Notes under the pieces: generated by a model
Database searches by the model: none
Told to the model about the DNA's origin: nothing
What the model saw: the letters and a program-made list of their open reading frames with translations, nothing else
Shown here: positions 1 through 9,691 of the stretch, piece by piece
Layout: every line of letters starts with the position of its first letter
Numbering within the stretch: the stretch's first letter is position 1
Translations under genes and position numbers: made by a program
NCBI GenBank assembly: GCA_963703285.1
Contig: OY969807.1
Location: 2,112,001 to 2,176,000 of the forward strand
DNA from: an uncultured Nitrososphaerota archaeon
GTDB taxonomy: Archaea > Thermoproteota > Nitrososphaeria > Nitrososphaerales > Gagatemarchaeaceae
Length of the DNA: 64,000 nucleotides
Direction of reading: 5' to 3'

Positions 1-162
1 GACCGGATAGTGGTCCATCCCGCCGATCCCATCCCTGGGCTTAGGAAGGAGCGGGAGAACGACCTTCCGCCCAACCTGAAGCAGTGCCCCTTCTGCGGCT
101 TCGTCACCGAGTACGACGGGCTGTACATTGTCCACGTGAGGGCGCACGGAGCCGGGTTCTAG
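1..162 (+). CDS. 3' end of a protein with a C-terminal C2H2-type zinc finger (partial)
   Basis: Frame 1 reads ...KQCPFCGFVTEYDGLYIVHVRAHGAGF* and stops at 160-162. Confidence 0.6.
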   Translation, partial: DRIVVHPADPIPGLRKERENDLPPNLKQCPFCGFVTEYDGLYIVHVRAHGAGF

Positions 163-171
163 GGACAGTCC

Positions 172-678
172 CTACGGGACGACCAATACCGGGCAGCTGG
201 CGTGTCGCATCACGCTGGTCGACACGCTGCCCTCCAGGAACCTCCTGAGCCCCCCCGTCCCGCTCGACCCCGTGACTATGAGGTCGACTCCCTCCCGCTT
301 GGCCCTCTGGACCACCTCGTCGGCTACCGCCGCGTCGGGCATAGCAACCTCGGGGTGGGCGTTGACGCCGCTCCCCTCTAGGGACTCAACGAGTCTAGAT
401 ACCCATCTCTCATCCTTCTTCTTCATCTGGTCGAAGGATGCCAGACACTGGGCCGAAGCCAGCTGGTACGGGACGACGAAGCCCGGGGGTGAAGGGATGA
501 TGGGGGGAACCGAGGGGGAAAGCACGTGGAGGATGACCAGCTCTGCCCCGCTTAGCGACGCCAGAGCCGCGGCCAGCTCGAGCGGCTTCTCGGCCTTCTC
601 TGGACTCTCTACGGCGACCATGATCTTCCTGAATGCCCTCGAGCGCGGAACAGTCTGCGTTCTGGCGGCCCTCTTCAT
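172..678 (-). CDS. Universal stress protein (UspA family)
   Basis: KIMVAVES at the N-terminus, DLIVTGSSG..GSVS..V..HASCPVLVV at the C-terminus. Confidence 0.9.
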   Translation of the reverse strand: MKRAARTQTVPRSRAFRKIMVAVESPEKAEKPLELAAALASLSGAELVILHVLSPSVPPIIPSPPGFVVPYQLASAQCLASFDQMKKKDERWVSRLVESLEGSGVNAHPEVAMPDAAVADEVVQRAKREGVDLIVTGSSGTGGLRRFLEGSVSTSVMRHASCPVLVVP

Positions 679-765
679 GATGATTCTCTACATCGGGGAG
701 GCAAACTTAAGGTGGCCGCGGGAAACGTACTGTAAACTCCTCTGAAACCCTGACCCACAGCCCGC

Positions 766-2253
766 TCAGGCGCCGGTCTTGGCCTTGTCCTGGCTCTGCC
801 ACGGCGCGGCAGGCCTGGCCGTCCTCGCCTCCTTTCCCCTGAATATCGAGAGGAGGAGGGCGACCGCCAGAAGGGCGATCGAGCCAGCGAGCGCGGAGTG
901 CATGCCCTGCAGGAACGCCGCCGAGAGCTGAGGCGTCAGGTTGTTCTTCAGGCCGCCCTCCCCCAGGAAGATCTCGAATGCGAGGTACCGGGGGACGGAA
1001 AGAGAAACGATGAGAAGGGCCATCGCGAAGCTTCCCACCGTCCCTATGTTGGAGAACGTGCGGAGCAAACCCGAGGCGACGCCGTAGGCGTTGCGCGGAG
1101 CGCTGGCCATCACGGCGCTGTTGTTCGCCGGGAAGAACGAGCTGCTACCCGACCCCGAGACCACGGAGCCCAGCACCACCACGTAGATGGAGGAGTCGAG
1201 CGAGAGCGTGGAGTAGACGAGTATTCCCAGGATCTGCAGGACCAAACCTATCGACGCGATTATGCGGGCGCCGTGCCTGTCCGCGAGCCGCCCCGAGAAG
1301 GGGGCGATCACCGCGCCCAGGACGTACCCAGGTACGAGGAGAACCGAGGCGTTGAATGGGGAGAAGCCCCTCGGCCCCTGCAGGTACATGATCACTAGGA
1401 AGAGCACCGCGAAGGTCGCAAGCGCCTGGAAGAAAGCGGCGAAGACCCCCGTCGTCAGGACCCGCTCCTTGAGCATGCCGAGGTCGATCAGTGGGGACTT
1501 GACGCGCCTCTCGCAGAGGACGAATGCGAGCACCGCGACGAGGCCGCTCACGACCTCGGCCCCGTAGGTGGTCGACCACCCCGAACCGGTGAGGTTCGTC
1601 AGCCCCAGGAGGACCAGGAACAGGCCCGCGCCAAGGAGGCCCATGCCGATAAAGTCGAGCTTCGCCTTGATCTTCGGGGACCTCTCCTTGAGGATGAGGA
1701 ATCCCGCCGTGGTGGCGACGACGCCTATCGGGAGGTTGATGAAGAAAATGTACCTCCAGCTGAGGTACGTGACGAACGCCCCCCCGATTAGGATGCCAAG
1801 GATCGCGCCCACGGACCATCCGACGCCCGAGAAGCCGTACGCCTTACCCCTCTCGTTCGCAGGGAACGTGTCGGCGATCACCGCGCCGCTGTTCGAGGAG
1901 ATTAGGGCCCCTCCTACCCCCTGGACCACCCGGAAGGCTATCAGCTCGTTCCCCGTCTGCGAGATTCCGCAGAGGAGGGAGCCGGCCGTGAAGACCGCGA
2001 AACCGAGGTTGTAGAGCCTCGCCCTGCCGTACATGTCGCCGAACCTCCCGACCTGGGTCCCGAGGACGGTTATGACGAGCAGGTAGGCCATTATCACCCA
2101 GATCATGCTGATGATGTCGGAGTGAAGGTCGGTTACCATGACAGGGAGCCCGAGGATGACGGCCGTGGTGTCGATGGCGCTCATCATCACGCCCGTCATG
2201 ACGATTGCGAGGGCTGCGGCGCGGTAGCGTCCCTCGGACCAGGTCTTGGACAT
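766..2253 (-). CDS. MFS transporter, DHA2/EmrB-like
   Basis: Many TM segments; GRFGDMYGR and GRLADRHGAR motif A; start moved to MSKTWSE. Confidence 0.9.
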   Translation of the reverse strand: MSKTWSEGRYRAAALAIVMTGVMMSAIDTTAVILGLPVMVTDLHSDIISMIWVIMAYLLVITVLGTQVGRFGDMYGRARLYNLGFAVFTAGSLLCGISQTGNELIAFRVVQGVGGALISSNSGAVIADTFPANERGKAYGFSGVGWSVGAILGILIGGAFVTYLSWRYIFFINLPIGVVATTAGFLILKERSPKIKAKLDFIGMGLLGAGLFLVLLGLTNLTGSGWSTTYGAEVVSGLVAVLAFVLCERRVKSPLIDLGMLKERVLTTGVFAAFFQALATFAVLFLVIMYLQGPRGFSPFNASVLLVPGYVLGAVIAPFSGRLADRHGARIIASIGLVLQILGILVYSTLSLDSSIYVVVLGSVVSGSGSSSFFPANNSAVMASAPRNAYGVASGLLRTFSNIGTVGSFAMALLIVSLSVPRYLAFEIFLGEGGLKNNLTPQLSAAFLQGMHSALAGSIALLAVALLLSIFRGKEARTARPAAPWQSQDKAKTGA

Positions 2254-2270
2254 CTCGGACACCCGCGAGC

Positions 2271-2576
2271 CTATCTCGCTGGGGCCTTCTTGGACCCCTT
2301 CTGTACGTAATCGAAGAACCTCTCGACCTCTGACCCCGAGCTCCACTCCGCCCTGATGCGCGTCTTCTTGACGGCCCTGCGCATCTCCGACAGGAGGGCG
2401 CGGTTCAGATCCTTGGCGCTCTCGCCCTCGAACTCACCGCTCACCTCGAATCCGCCTTCGACCGGCTTCGCCGTCCCGTGCCCTGCGAGGGCCTTCTCCA
2501 GAACGGGCCCTATCGAGGAGGGGTTGTCACTGCTTATGCGCGCGAACAGCATAAAGCGCTTTCGCACCGGTGCCAT
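2271..2576 (-). CDS. Hypothetical protein
   Basis: Protein-like composition (ARISSDNP..GESAKDLNRALLSEMRR..RIRAEW). Confidence 0.6.
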   Translation of the reverse strand: MAPVRKRFMLFARISSDNPSSIGPVLEKALAGHGTAKPVEGGFEVSGEFEGESAKDLNRALLSEMRRAVKKTRIRAEWSSGSEVERFFDYVQKGSKKAPAR

Positions 2577-2601
2577 CGGCTGCAGGATTTCGTCAGTTCC
2601 T

Positions 2602-2991
2602 TTAAGACTTCGCGCTGGGGCTTGCATTCGACTTCGGGTCATCGTTCGCGACCACCGACCCTGGTGGTCCTTCTTGGGTTAAGGGCGGCTCCCCTGGCGC
2701 CGCTTCGCCGCCTTCCTCCCTATTCTTCATCGCCGCCTCTGCAGCTCTGGACCTGGAACGTGACCTCCTGACCGCGTACTCGGCTATGGCTAGGTTCAGT
2801 ATCAGGAAGATGCCCGAAAGTGTCTTGTGGACCACGGCGGACCAGGACCAGTACCCGATGAGAAACAGCGGCGGGTACTCCAGGAAGAAGAGAGCGAAGA
2901 ATATTGGGGCCGCGACGGTCAGGTAGAGGTTGAGGTCGGTCCTAGGCCGTCCCGCTCCCTTGGGCTGGATGCCATCGGAGGATTGGTCCAA
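2602..2991 (-). CDS. Small membrane protein
   Basis: Two hydrophobic segments. Confidence 0.55.
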   Translation of the reverse strand: MDQSSDGIQPKGAGRPRTDLNLYLTVAAPIFFALFFLEYPPLFLIGYWSWSAVVHKTLSGIFLILNLAIAEYAVRRSRSRSRAAEAAMKNREEGGEAAPGEPPLTQEGPPGSVVANDDPKSNASPSAKS

Positions 2992-3041
2992 ACCTCAGTG
3001 TCCCCGGGGATCCCTGCATATAACCTGAGAAATCCCGCCTT

Positions 3042-4136
3042 CTAGCCGCGAGCCTTTCTGCCCGGTCCTTCGAGGTCGGCCTCCCAACTGAGGATGTAGA
3101 CGGCAGCTATCGCAAGGCCCCCTCCGATGGCGACGTCGATTATCCTCACTATTGCGAACTCCCAATTCCCGGGAAAGATGATGTTCAGCAGGATTATGAG
3201 GAACGGCGTCACGAAGGCCTGGAAGAGAGCAGGGCTGACCAGCCGCGACGAGTTCATCGCGAAGGCAAAGATCGACATAAACGCGACGAGAACGGCAAGG
3301 TTAGAGGTCTCGAGCGTTATCGCCGCCGCAATCACCGAACCGATTGCAGTACCTGCGACGAGGACCGCCGTCGAATCGATAGTGGGACCTATCCCCTGTC
3401 TTATCGCTATGATGACCGTAATCAGAATCCAGATGTCCCTCGGCAGATGGAGCGCCAGTCCTATTGCGAGTCCTGTCGATGCGGCGATGCCTGTCGCAAG
3501 CGCCTGGCGAACGGCCTCGGAGTGCACTAGCTGACCCATCATGAGGGGATGCACGTGACGAGAGCCGACCGTCGTCTTCTGAGCTCCACCTTCAAGAGGT
3601 ACCTTGGAGGTCGGACGGAACGCCATCTGAATCCCTACACCCAGCAGGATCCAAAGGGCCCCGGCCATGGATGTCCATAGCCTCTCGACGGCGGCCGCGG
3701 TCGATGCTCCGGGGAGCCCGATTCCTACCGCAAAGATGATCGCCGCCATCAACCCGACCTGCGACCATCCCTGGTAGGTCCTGATGGTCAGAAACGCGAA
3801 GATTCCCAAGCCTACGAGGGGGATCGCCAGCAGCCCCACCGTCCCGCAGAGGGTCCCAGCGGCAAAGACCGCCGGCTCGAGTACGCAAGCCAGGGCCAGC
3901 ATCCTGAAACGGGTGGCGCCGGGACCGCTTCCCTCCGTACTGGTGAGAAAGTTCGCTCCGAGCGTAGCGTAAAGGCCCTGGAAAAGGTAGCCTGTGGCCG
4001 CCCCTAGGATGACGGGCGTGACCACGAAGAAGCCGGCTCTGAGTCCTGTGATGGCATCGAACCGCGACCAATCTGCACGGAGGATTTCGTGCAGCAACTC
4101 AGCTCTCCGCGGCGACGTGTGGGCAGAGCCGTCCAA
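3042..4136 (-). CDS. FUSC-family membrane protein
   Basis: WILITVIIAIRQ, GTAIG and RIIDVAIG pattern. Confidence 0.75.
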   Translation of the reverse strand: MDGSAHTSPRRAELLHEILRADWSRFDAITGLRAGFFVVTPVILGAATGYLFQGLYATLGANFLTSTEGSGPGATRFRMLALACVLEPAVFAAGTLCGTVGLLAIPLVGLGIFAFLTIRTYQGWSQVGLMAAIIFAVGIGLPGASTAAAVERLWTSMAGALWILLGVGIQMAFRPTSKVPLEGGAQKTTVGSRHVHPLMMGQLVHSEAVRQALATGIAASTGLAIGLALHLPRDIWILITVIIAIRQGIGPTIDSTAVLVAGTAIGSVIAAAITLETSNLAVLVAFMSIFAFAMNSSRLVSPALFQAFVTPFLIILLNIIFPGNWEFAIVRIIDVAIGGGLAIAAVYILSWEADLEGPGRKARG

Positions 4137-4569
4137 TCGAAGCGGAGCATCTCCGTTTCCCAGATATTAGAGCGCGTCGCTCTCGGTCGGACGACCCAGT
4201 GAACATCCTCTCGCGTGGAGGCCGAGTCGCTTGGAAGATGCGTCGCTATGAATCAGCGGGCCAGCCCTTGAGTCCCGGGCCCCGCTCCATCGCATGAGCG
4301 AAGAGGTGGCATCGAACGAGGTCTCCCGCGACAACGTGGAGCGGGGTCCTTGGAACGCCGTGGATGCAGACCGCAACGACGACGAGGAGGGTCGTCTGCA
4401 CAACTGGAGCAAGGGCTACGCTTGCACAGGAGCGAACGAAGCCTTCCCATCGATGAGGAAGTCAGAGACACGCAAGAGGAGATGGCGTTAGTCGACTGAC
4501 GCGAGGCGAGACACGACCTATCCAGCTCACTGCGGTGCTGAGCCATCCGAATCAGACTTATCTTCCTCG

Positions 4570-5166
4570 TTGCGGATACGACAGGCCGCTTTGAAGAAGG
4601 CAACGAAGAGGGGCCAGCTCGCATTCGTCGTCCAGAAGCACAAGGCCACCTCCCTGCACTATGATTTCCGGCTCGAGATAGGCGGCGTGATGCCCTCGTG
4701 GTCGGTTCCCAAGGGCCCGTCGCTCGATAGCGCCGTCAAGCGCCTCGCGATGCCCACCGGCGACCACAATCTGGAGTACAGGCACTTCGAGGGGGTCCTC
4801 CCTCCCGGGTACGGGGCGGGGCCAGTTATGATCTGGGACGAGGGTACCTACAATCCTGAAATCGAGATAGAGAAGGGGGTCAGAGAGGAGATCAAGGACA
4901 GGAAGGAGGCCGAGGCCCTGGCATCAAAGAGCCTAAAAGATGGGAACATCAAATTCACGCTCTACGGAAAGAAGCTTCACGGCTCGTTCGCCCTCGTCCG
5001 AACCAAGGGGTTCGGGGGGAAGGAGTCCTGGCTCCTCATAAAGCACAGGGACGATTTCTGTGTCCCCGGTTACGATGCAAACAAGTTCGACTTGTCCGCC
5101 GTCTCCGGCCGTTCGATGGCGAAGATACAGGCCGAAGACCAGCCCGGAATTCAGTCCTTTGCCTAG
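4570..5166 (+). CDS. Stand-alone LigD 3'-phosphoesterase domain protein
   Basis: FVVQKHKATSLHYDFRLE, SWSVPKGPS, KRLA..T.DH.LEY..FEG, IWDEGTY. Confidence 0.9.
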   Translation: MRIRQAALKKATKRGQLAFVVQKHKATSLHYDFRLEIGGVMPSWSVPKGPSLDSAVKRLAMPTGDHNLEYRHFEGVLPPGYGAGPVMIWDEGTYNPEIEIEKGVREEIKDRKEAEALASKSLKDGNIKFTLYGKKLHGSFALVRTKGFGGKESWLLIKHRDDFCVPGYDANKFDLSAVSGRSMAKIQAEDQPGIQSFA

Positions 5167-5326
5167 GCCAGTGGAATTTCGGGTCACAAGACTCGCTGAC
5201 GCCCGTGCGAAGGACCGACCTGCATGCTCCCTCCAGCCGATAGAAAGGCCGTACTAGGACTGTCTGCAGTATACAACCGCGGGTTGTAGGTGTGCGTATA
5301 TAGGCATATAACATACGTTTTGGACT

Positions 5327-6556
5327 ATGGCCGATAGCAGCAAGCCAATGAACAAGGAAGGAGACCGAAGGACTTTCCTCAAGATTGGTGCCGGCGTGGT
5401 GGCCGGTGCCGTCGTAGCAGGCGTCGCAACGGACGCCTACCTTAGTAGCGTGATCGGAAGCAACAATAGCAGCTCGAGCAGCACAGTCTCATCCCTCTCC
5501 AACCAGCTCGCGTCGACGCAGAATGATCTCTTGTCGACTGCATCCCAGCTGTCATCCGCACAGGCGCAGGCAGCGTCTCTGAGCGGCCAGCTGAGCTCTA
5601 CCCAGGCGCAGCTCACCAGCGCGAACTCCGCGCTGACCAGCGTCAGCTCGCAGCTCACCTCGACCCAGCAGCAGCTTGCGAGCGCCAGCGGGCAGGTCAC
5701 ATCGCTGAACGGCCAAGTGTCGACGCTTAACTCGGAGGTCACATCTCTGAACTCGGCGGTCTCGAGCGCGAACGCGCAGGCCTCAGACCTACAGACCTCA
5801 CTCTACCAGTCGCATGCGTTCCAAATCCTCACTCCGGCGGAAGTTACCCTCGTAAACGCCATCGCCGACACGATAATACCGACGGACAGCAATGGTCCCG
5901 GAGGCGCCAGTGCCGGATGCGCATATTTCCTCGACGGCCAGCTGGCCAGCAAGTACGGTGTGAGCGGTCACATGTACATGCAGGGACCTTTCATCTTTCA
6001 CGACCTGACGACACCTGTCACGCCGAGTGAGACGCCTCGCATATGGACTGCCGCGAATGGGCAGGCCTACACAGTGGGGACGAACACAACATTCTCGGCT
6101 GGCACCATGAAGACTGCCCCGGACAACGGCATGCGCTACCAGTACAACTTCAACCTCAGATACTTCTGGCACCTCGGGCTGGAGGCGCTCGAGACGTACG
6201 CGAACACCGCCTACGGTGGCAACTTCGAGACCCTCTCAGCTGCGGACCAGCTCAAGTGTCTGCAGGATCTCTACAACAACGTGCCGACGCAAGCCAGCTT
6301 CAGCGATATACTCCCCTCCGACTTCTTCTACGAGCTCTTCTTCATCTTGGTCAGCGGCTACTTCGTGGACCCGATGTACGGCGGGAACATCGGCATGGTT
6401 GGTTGGACCCTAACAGGCAACAACGGGGTGAACATGGGCAACTTCTACGGCGAAGGATACACGACCAAGCAGATAATGGTCATGACCAATCCCCCGATAC
6501 TAAAGCCCGCCAGCCTCGGCCAATTCCAGCAGGCAAACTTTTCGGAGGGCTATTGA
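5327..6556 (+). CDS. Gluconate 2-dehydrogenase subunit-3-like protein with Tat signal and coiled-coil insert
   Basis: DRRTFLK Tat motif; AIADTIIPTD..GPG, YMQGPF, GYFVDPMYGGN.GMVGW. Confidence 0.85.
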   Translation: MADSSKPMNKEGDRRTFLKIGAGVVAGAVVAGVATDAYLSSVIGSNNSSSSSTVSSLSNQLASTQNDLLSTASQLSSAQAQAASLSGQLSSTQAQLTSANSALTSVSSQLTSTQQQLASASGQVTSLNGQVSTLNSEVTSLNSAVSSANAQASDLQTSLYQSHAFQILTPAEVTLVNAIADTIIPTDSNGPGGASAGCAYFLDGQLASKYGVSGHMYMQGPFIFHDLTTPVTPSETPRIWTAANGQAYTVGTNTTFSAGTMKTAPDNGMRYQYNFNLRYFWHLGLEALETYANTAYGGNFETLSAADQLKCLQDLYNNVPTQASFSDILPSDFFYELFFILVSGYFVDPMYGGNIGMVGWTLTGNNGVNMGNFYGEGYTTKQIMVMTNPPILKPASLGQFQQANFSEGY

Positions 6557-6557
6557 G

Positions 6558-8372
6558 ATGTCAACCACAATTACAGAACCGAGCGTGGACGTAGTCGTCC
6601 TAGGCCTCGGAGTGATAGGCGGGCTTGCGGCAACGCAGCTGGCGGTGGACGGCTACAAGGTCGCGGGAATAGACAAAGGCCCATTCTGGGAGTACTCCCA
6701 AGACTTCATCCAGACGAAGTACGACGAGTGGGGGAATACGATCATGAAGAAGTTCGACCACCCCCTACCGCTCTTCACCACCACAATGAGGAACAACATC
6801 AACCAGTTCGCCCTTCCAATCCGTAGGTACTCGGTCAGCCAGTTCCCTGCAAACGGTCACGGAGTAGGCGGAGCGGCGCACCACTACAGCGCTAGCTTCG
6901 GCCGGACGGGCGCCTGGAACTACACAGAGGCCTCGTCGACCGCTAGCCGTTACGGACCGGACTTCCTGGAACCCACGGTTCCCAATGCAGACCTGTTCGA
7001 CTGGCCGTACACCTACGAGGAAATGGAACCCTACTACAACACAGCCGAGGCAGCCTGGGGCGTCGCGGGCACCAACATGGGACCGCTGGTCCCGATGACC
7101 AAGAACTTTCCTGTCCCGCCGCACCCGGAGACACCGTCCGCCATGGTCTTCCAGGCAGCGGCAGAAGCGTTGGGCTACACCCCATATCCCTCTCCATCGG
7201 CCATCTCGTCGGCACCATACATGAACTCGTACGGCGTAGCGGTGAACGCGTGCATCTACGACGGATGGTGTAGTTGTTTGCCTTGCTATCAATGCGAAAC
7301 CGGGGCGAAGGCCAATTCTGCAAATCGTGCCGTGACGGCTGGTGTGGCAACGGGGAACCTCAGCCTGGCACTCAACAGCTACATCTTCAGGATCAACCTC
7401 GACCAGACGACGGGCCTAGCGACGGGGGTCAGCTACTACGACCCCGCCGGCAATGTCCATGTGCAGCCAGCGGCGGTCATCATGTCGGGGCTGTGGCCGT
7501 TCAACCAATACGCTATACAGGCCAAGTCGGGCATCGGGGTGCAGTACAACCCCACGACCGTGACGGGCGCGCTCGGGAGAGGTGCGGTCGACGCCGCTAT
7601 CGGCTCAGGTACCACACAGAGGGTCACGGGGCCTAGTCTTCCGATCGGCTACGCAAGCTACCAAGCGGGGAACGGTGCAGGCGGGGGTTACTCGATCTAC
7701 GACTTCGCGGACGACAACATAGACCACGCCGGCATGGCGCAGCCGGGCATAGGGGGACCGGTCATCTCAATGGGATCCTACACGGGGAATGCTCCTAGCA
7801 ATGTCTCAACCGCTGTGGCCGGAACGGCGAGCACGATAGGCAGCGCGTGGAAGGCGACGCTGAAGAACAAGTACATCCACACCTCGACCGCGGTCAGCCT
7901 ATCGGCCAGTGGTGTGGCAGTCCCCACGACCGACCTGCTCACAGACCTGGACCCCTTCTACAGCGACTACTACGGCGACCCAATCGTGAGGTTCCTTGAA
8001 ACCGCCAACAACAACTCCGTGGGCGTCTCCAACCTCATCACCCCCTTGCTCGCGCCGTTAGCAGCGAAGATAAGCGGCGGCACCGCGACGCTCAGTGCAC
8101 CCGCGGCGAACGGCACAACGCTGCCCAGCAGCTACAGCATCCACATCAGGGGAGGCGGACGAATCGGGGCGAACCCCTCGTACTCTTGTTACAACCTCTG
8201 GCACCAGTCCTGGAGTGTGGAGAACGTCTTCGCGGCCGGTGAACAACAGAACCCGACGGGAACGAATGTAACAGCGGGCACGCACGCGATTCTACCGATG
8301 GCCTACGTGGCGGTCGACGGCATCGAGCAATACCTCAAGAGCCGAGGACCTCTTGCGGATATCCCGATGTAA
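6558..8372 (+). CDS. GMC oxidoreductase flavoprotein (gluconate 2-dehydrogenase alpha-like)
   Basis: VVVLGLGVIGG FAD motif, GHGVGG, DWPYTYEEMEPYY, Cys cluster CIYDGWCSCLPCYQC. Confidence 0.88.
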   Translation: MSTTITEPSVDVVVLGLGVIGGLAATQLAVDGYKVAGIDKGPFWEYSQDFIQTKYDEWGNTIMKKFDHPLPLFTTTMRNNINQFALPIRRYSVSQFPANGHGVGGAAHHYSASFGRTGAWNYTEASSTASRYGPDFLEPTVPNADLFDWPYTYEEMEPYYNTAEAAWGVAGTNMGPLVPMTKNFPVPPHPETPSAMVFQAAAEALGYTPYPSPSAISSAPYMNSYGVAVNACIYDGWCSCLPCYQCETGAKANSANRAVTAGVATGNLSLALNSYIFRINLDQTTGLATGVSYYDPAGNVHVQPAAVIMSGLWPFNQYAIQAKSGIGVQYNPTTVTGALGRGAVDAAIGSGTTQRVTGPSLPIGYASYQAGNGAGGGYSIYDFADDNIDHAGMAQPGIGGPVISMGSYTGNAPSNVSTAVAGTASTIGSAWKATLKNKYIHTSTAVSLSASGVAVPTTDLLTDLDPFYSDYYGDPIVRFLETANNNSVGVSNLITPLLAPLAAKISGGTATLSAPAANGTTLPSSYSIHIRGGGRIGANPSYSCYNLWHQSWSVENVFAAGEQQNPTGTNVTAGTHAILPMAYVAVDGIEQYLKSRGPLADIPM

Positions 8373-8417
8373 CAGAAGGGATAACTACTACCCCTTCTGC
8401 AAAATCGGGGGATTACG

Positions 8418-9077
8418 TTGTCGAGCCCGTCGAAGATGCTCGTGAACATCCCGGGGAGACAGAACCTAGACATACCTGTCTACGATAGCCACGTTCCGAA
8501 GGCCGACGAGATTGCATACATGACCCAACCGCTCCTAAAGGGGCTCATCTTCCTTGGGGGCGCGCTCAAGGACCTGCACGCCAAATGGGCGATATGGGGA
8601 GATGCCGGCGAGCTCATCAAGGGGGTCAACATAATGACCGACCACCTCGAAATCCTGACGACGGAGGAGGGTTGCGAGGAGATCTGCAAGCTCCTGGCTA
8701 CCCATGTGACGCTGGCTCCAGCGATGAAGGAGATGAAGCTCCCAAGAGACGCCGACGTGGATGGCAAGCCGTATCCCGTCTACGTGAGGAGCCACTACGC
8801 GGAGCTCACGATAGACCAAGCCAGAGTAGAGGTGTATGGCGACGAGCAGATCAAGGTCGGCGAGTGGGAATGGGGCGACCCGCTTGATTATCAGCCTGAA
8901 TACTCGTACATAACGTCAGCGAAGGTCCCGGTCGTTCCCCTCCGGCTGAAGCAGGAGCTGGACCTAGGTCTAGGATGGCTTGACAGGCTCGAGCTCATCT
9001 CGATAGCGCTCGAGTCAGGTAAGCACCACTTGGCGCAGGGCGGAGTCAGGGGAAGACCAGTAACTCCTCCAGCCTAG
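8418..9077 (+). CDS. Hypothetical protein, possible nucleotidyltransferase-like fold
   Basis: WAIWGDAGELIKGV..DHLEILT resembles a degenerate G-x-..DID motif. Confidence 0.5.
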   Translation: MSSPSKMLVNIPGRQNLDIPVYDSHVPKADEIAYMTQPLLKGLIFLGGALKDLHAKWAIWGDAGELIKGVNIMTDHLEILTTEEGCEEICKLLATHVTLAPAMKEMKLPRDADVDGKPYPVYVRSHYAELTIDQARVEVYGDEQIKVGEWEWGDPLDYQPEYSYITSAKVPVVPLRLKQELDLGLGWLDRLELISIALESGKHHLAQGGVRGRPVTPPA

Positions 9078-9150
9078 TGTAAAGGAAGTCCGAAACCACT
9101 TGTTCCGTTAGAGGCTGGCGCCGCCAGCGAAACCTTATCCGGCGCCTTCG

Positions 9151-9591
9151 ATGCGGCCAAAGCCGAAAAGCTCTTTGGGTCTTGGGATTCGCATCCTGAA
9201 CTCATTCGTCATGACGCTCTACAAGGCGAGCGGCGGGCGCGTGGCGGGCCACCTCGGCAAGGCTCCCATCATGCTGCTGACGACCACGGGGAGCAGGTCG
9301 GGGCGGCTCCATACCAACCCCGTGCTGTACGTCACGGACGAGAGCGGCTTCGCAACCGTCCCGTCCGCCGGCGGTTCCGAGAGGAACTCCTCCTGGTTCA
9401 TGAACCTCATGCACGACCCCAACGCGGTCGTCCAGGTTAGGCGGGACAAGATCAGGGTGAGGGCCGAGAGGGCATCACCGGAAGACAGGAGGAGGCTCTG
9501 GGCGCTCCTTGCAGACGTCTACCCGACCTACAACGACTACGCGCAGAAGACGAACCGCGAGATACCCGTGGTCGTCCTTCGTCCGGTCTGA
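9151..9591 (+). CDS. Deazaflavin (F420)-dependent nitroreductase/quinone reductase, Ddn family
   Basis: LLTTTGSRSG, SAGG..SWFMNL..P, Y..YAQKTNREIPVVVL. Confidence 0.88.
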   Translation: MRPKPKSSLGLGIRILNSFVMTLYKASGGRVAGHLGKAPIMLLTTTGSRSGRLHTNPVLYVTDESGFATVPSAGGSERNSSWFMNLMHDPNAVVQVRRDKIRVRAERASPEDRRRLWALLADVYPTYNDYAQKTNREIPVVVLRPV

Positions 9592-9691
9592 GACCCGCGC
9601 CGTCCCTTGTGGACGGGAGTTGGCTTGTTGCTAAAATCGTAATCACCCGTCCCCTAATATCAAGGGTAGACCGCGATAGGTCAGATAATCG

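Noticed and set aside
4294-4491. Small ORF upstream of the LigD phosphoesterase
   Set aside because: No motif or supporting signal; left uncalled
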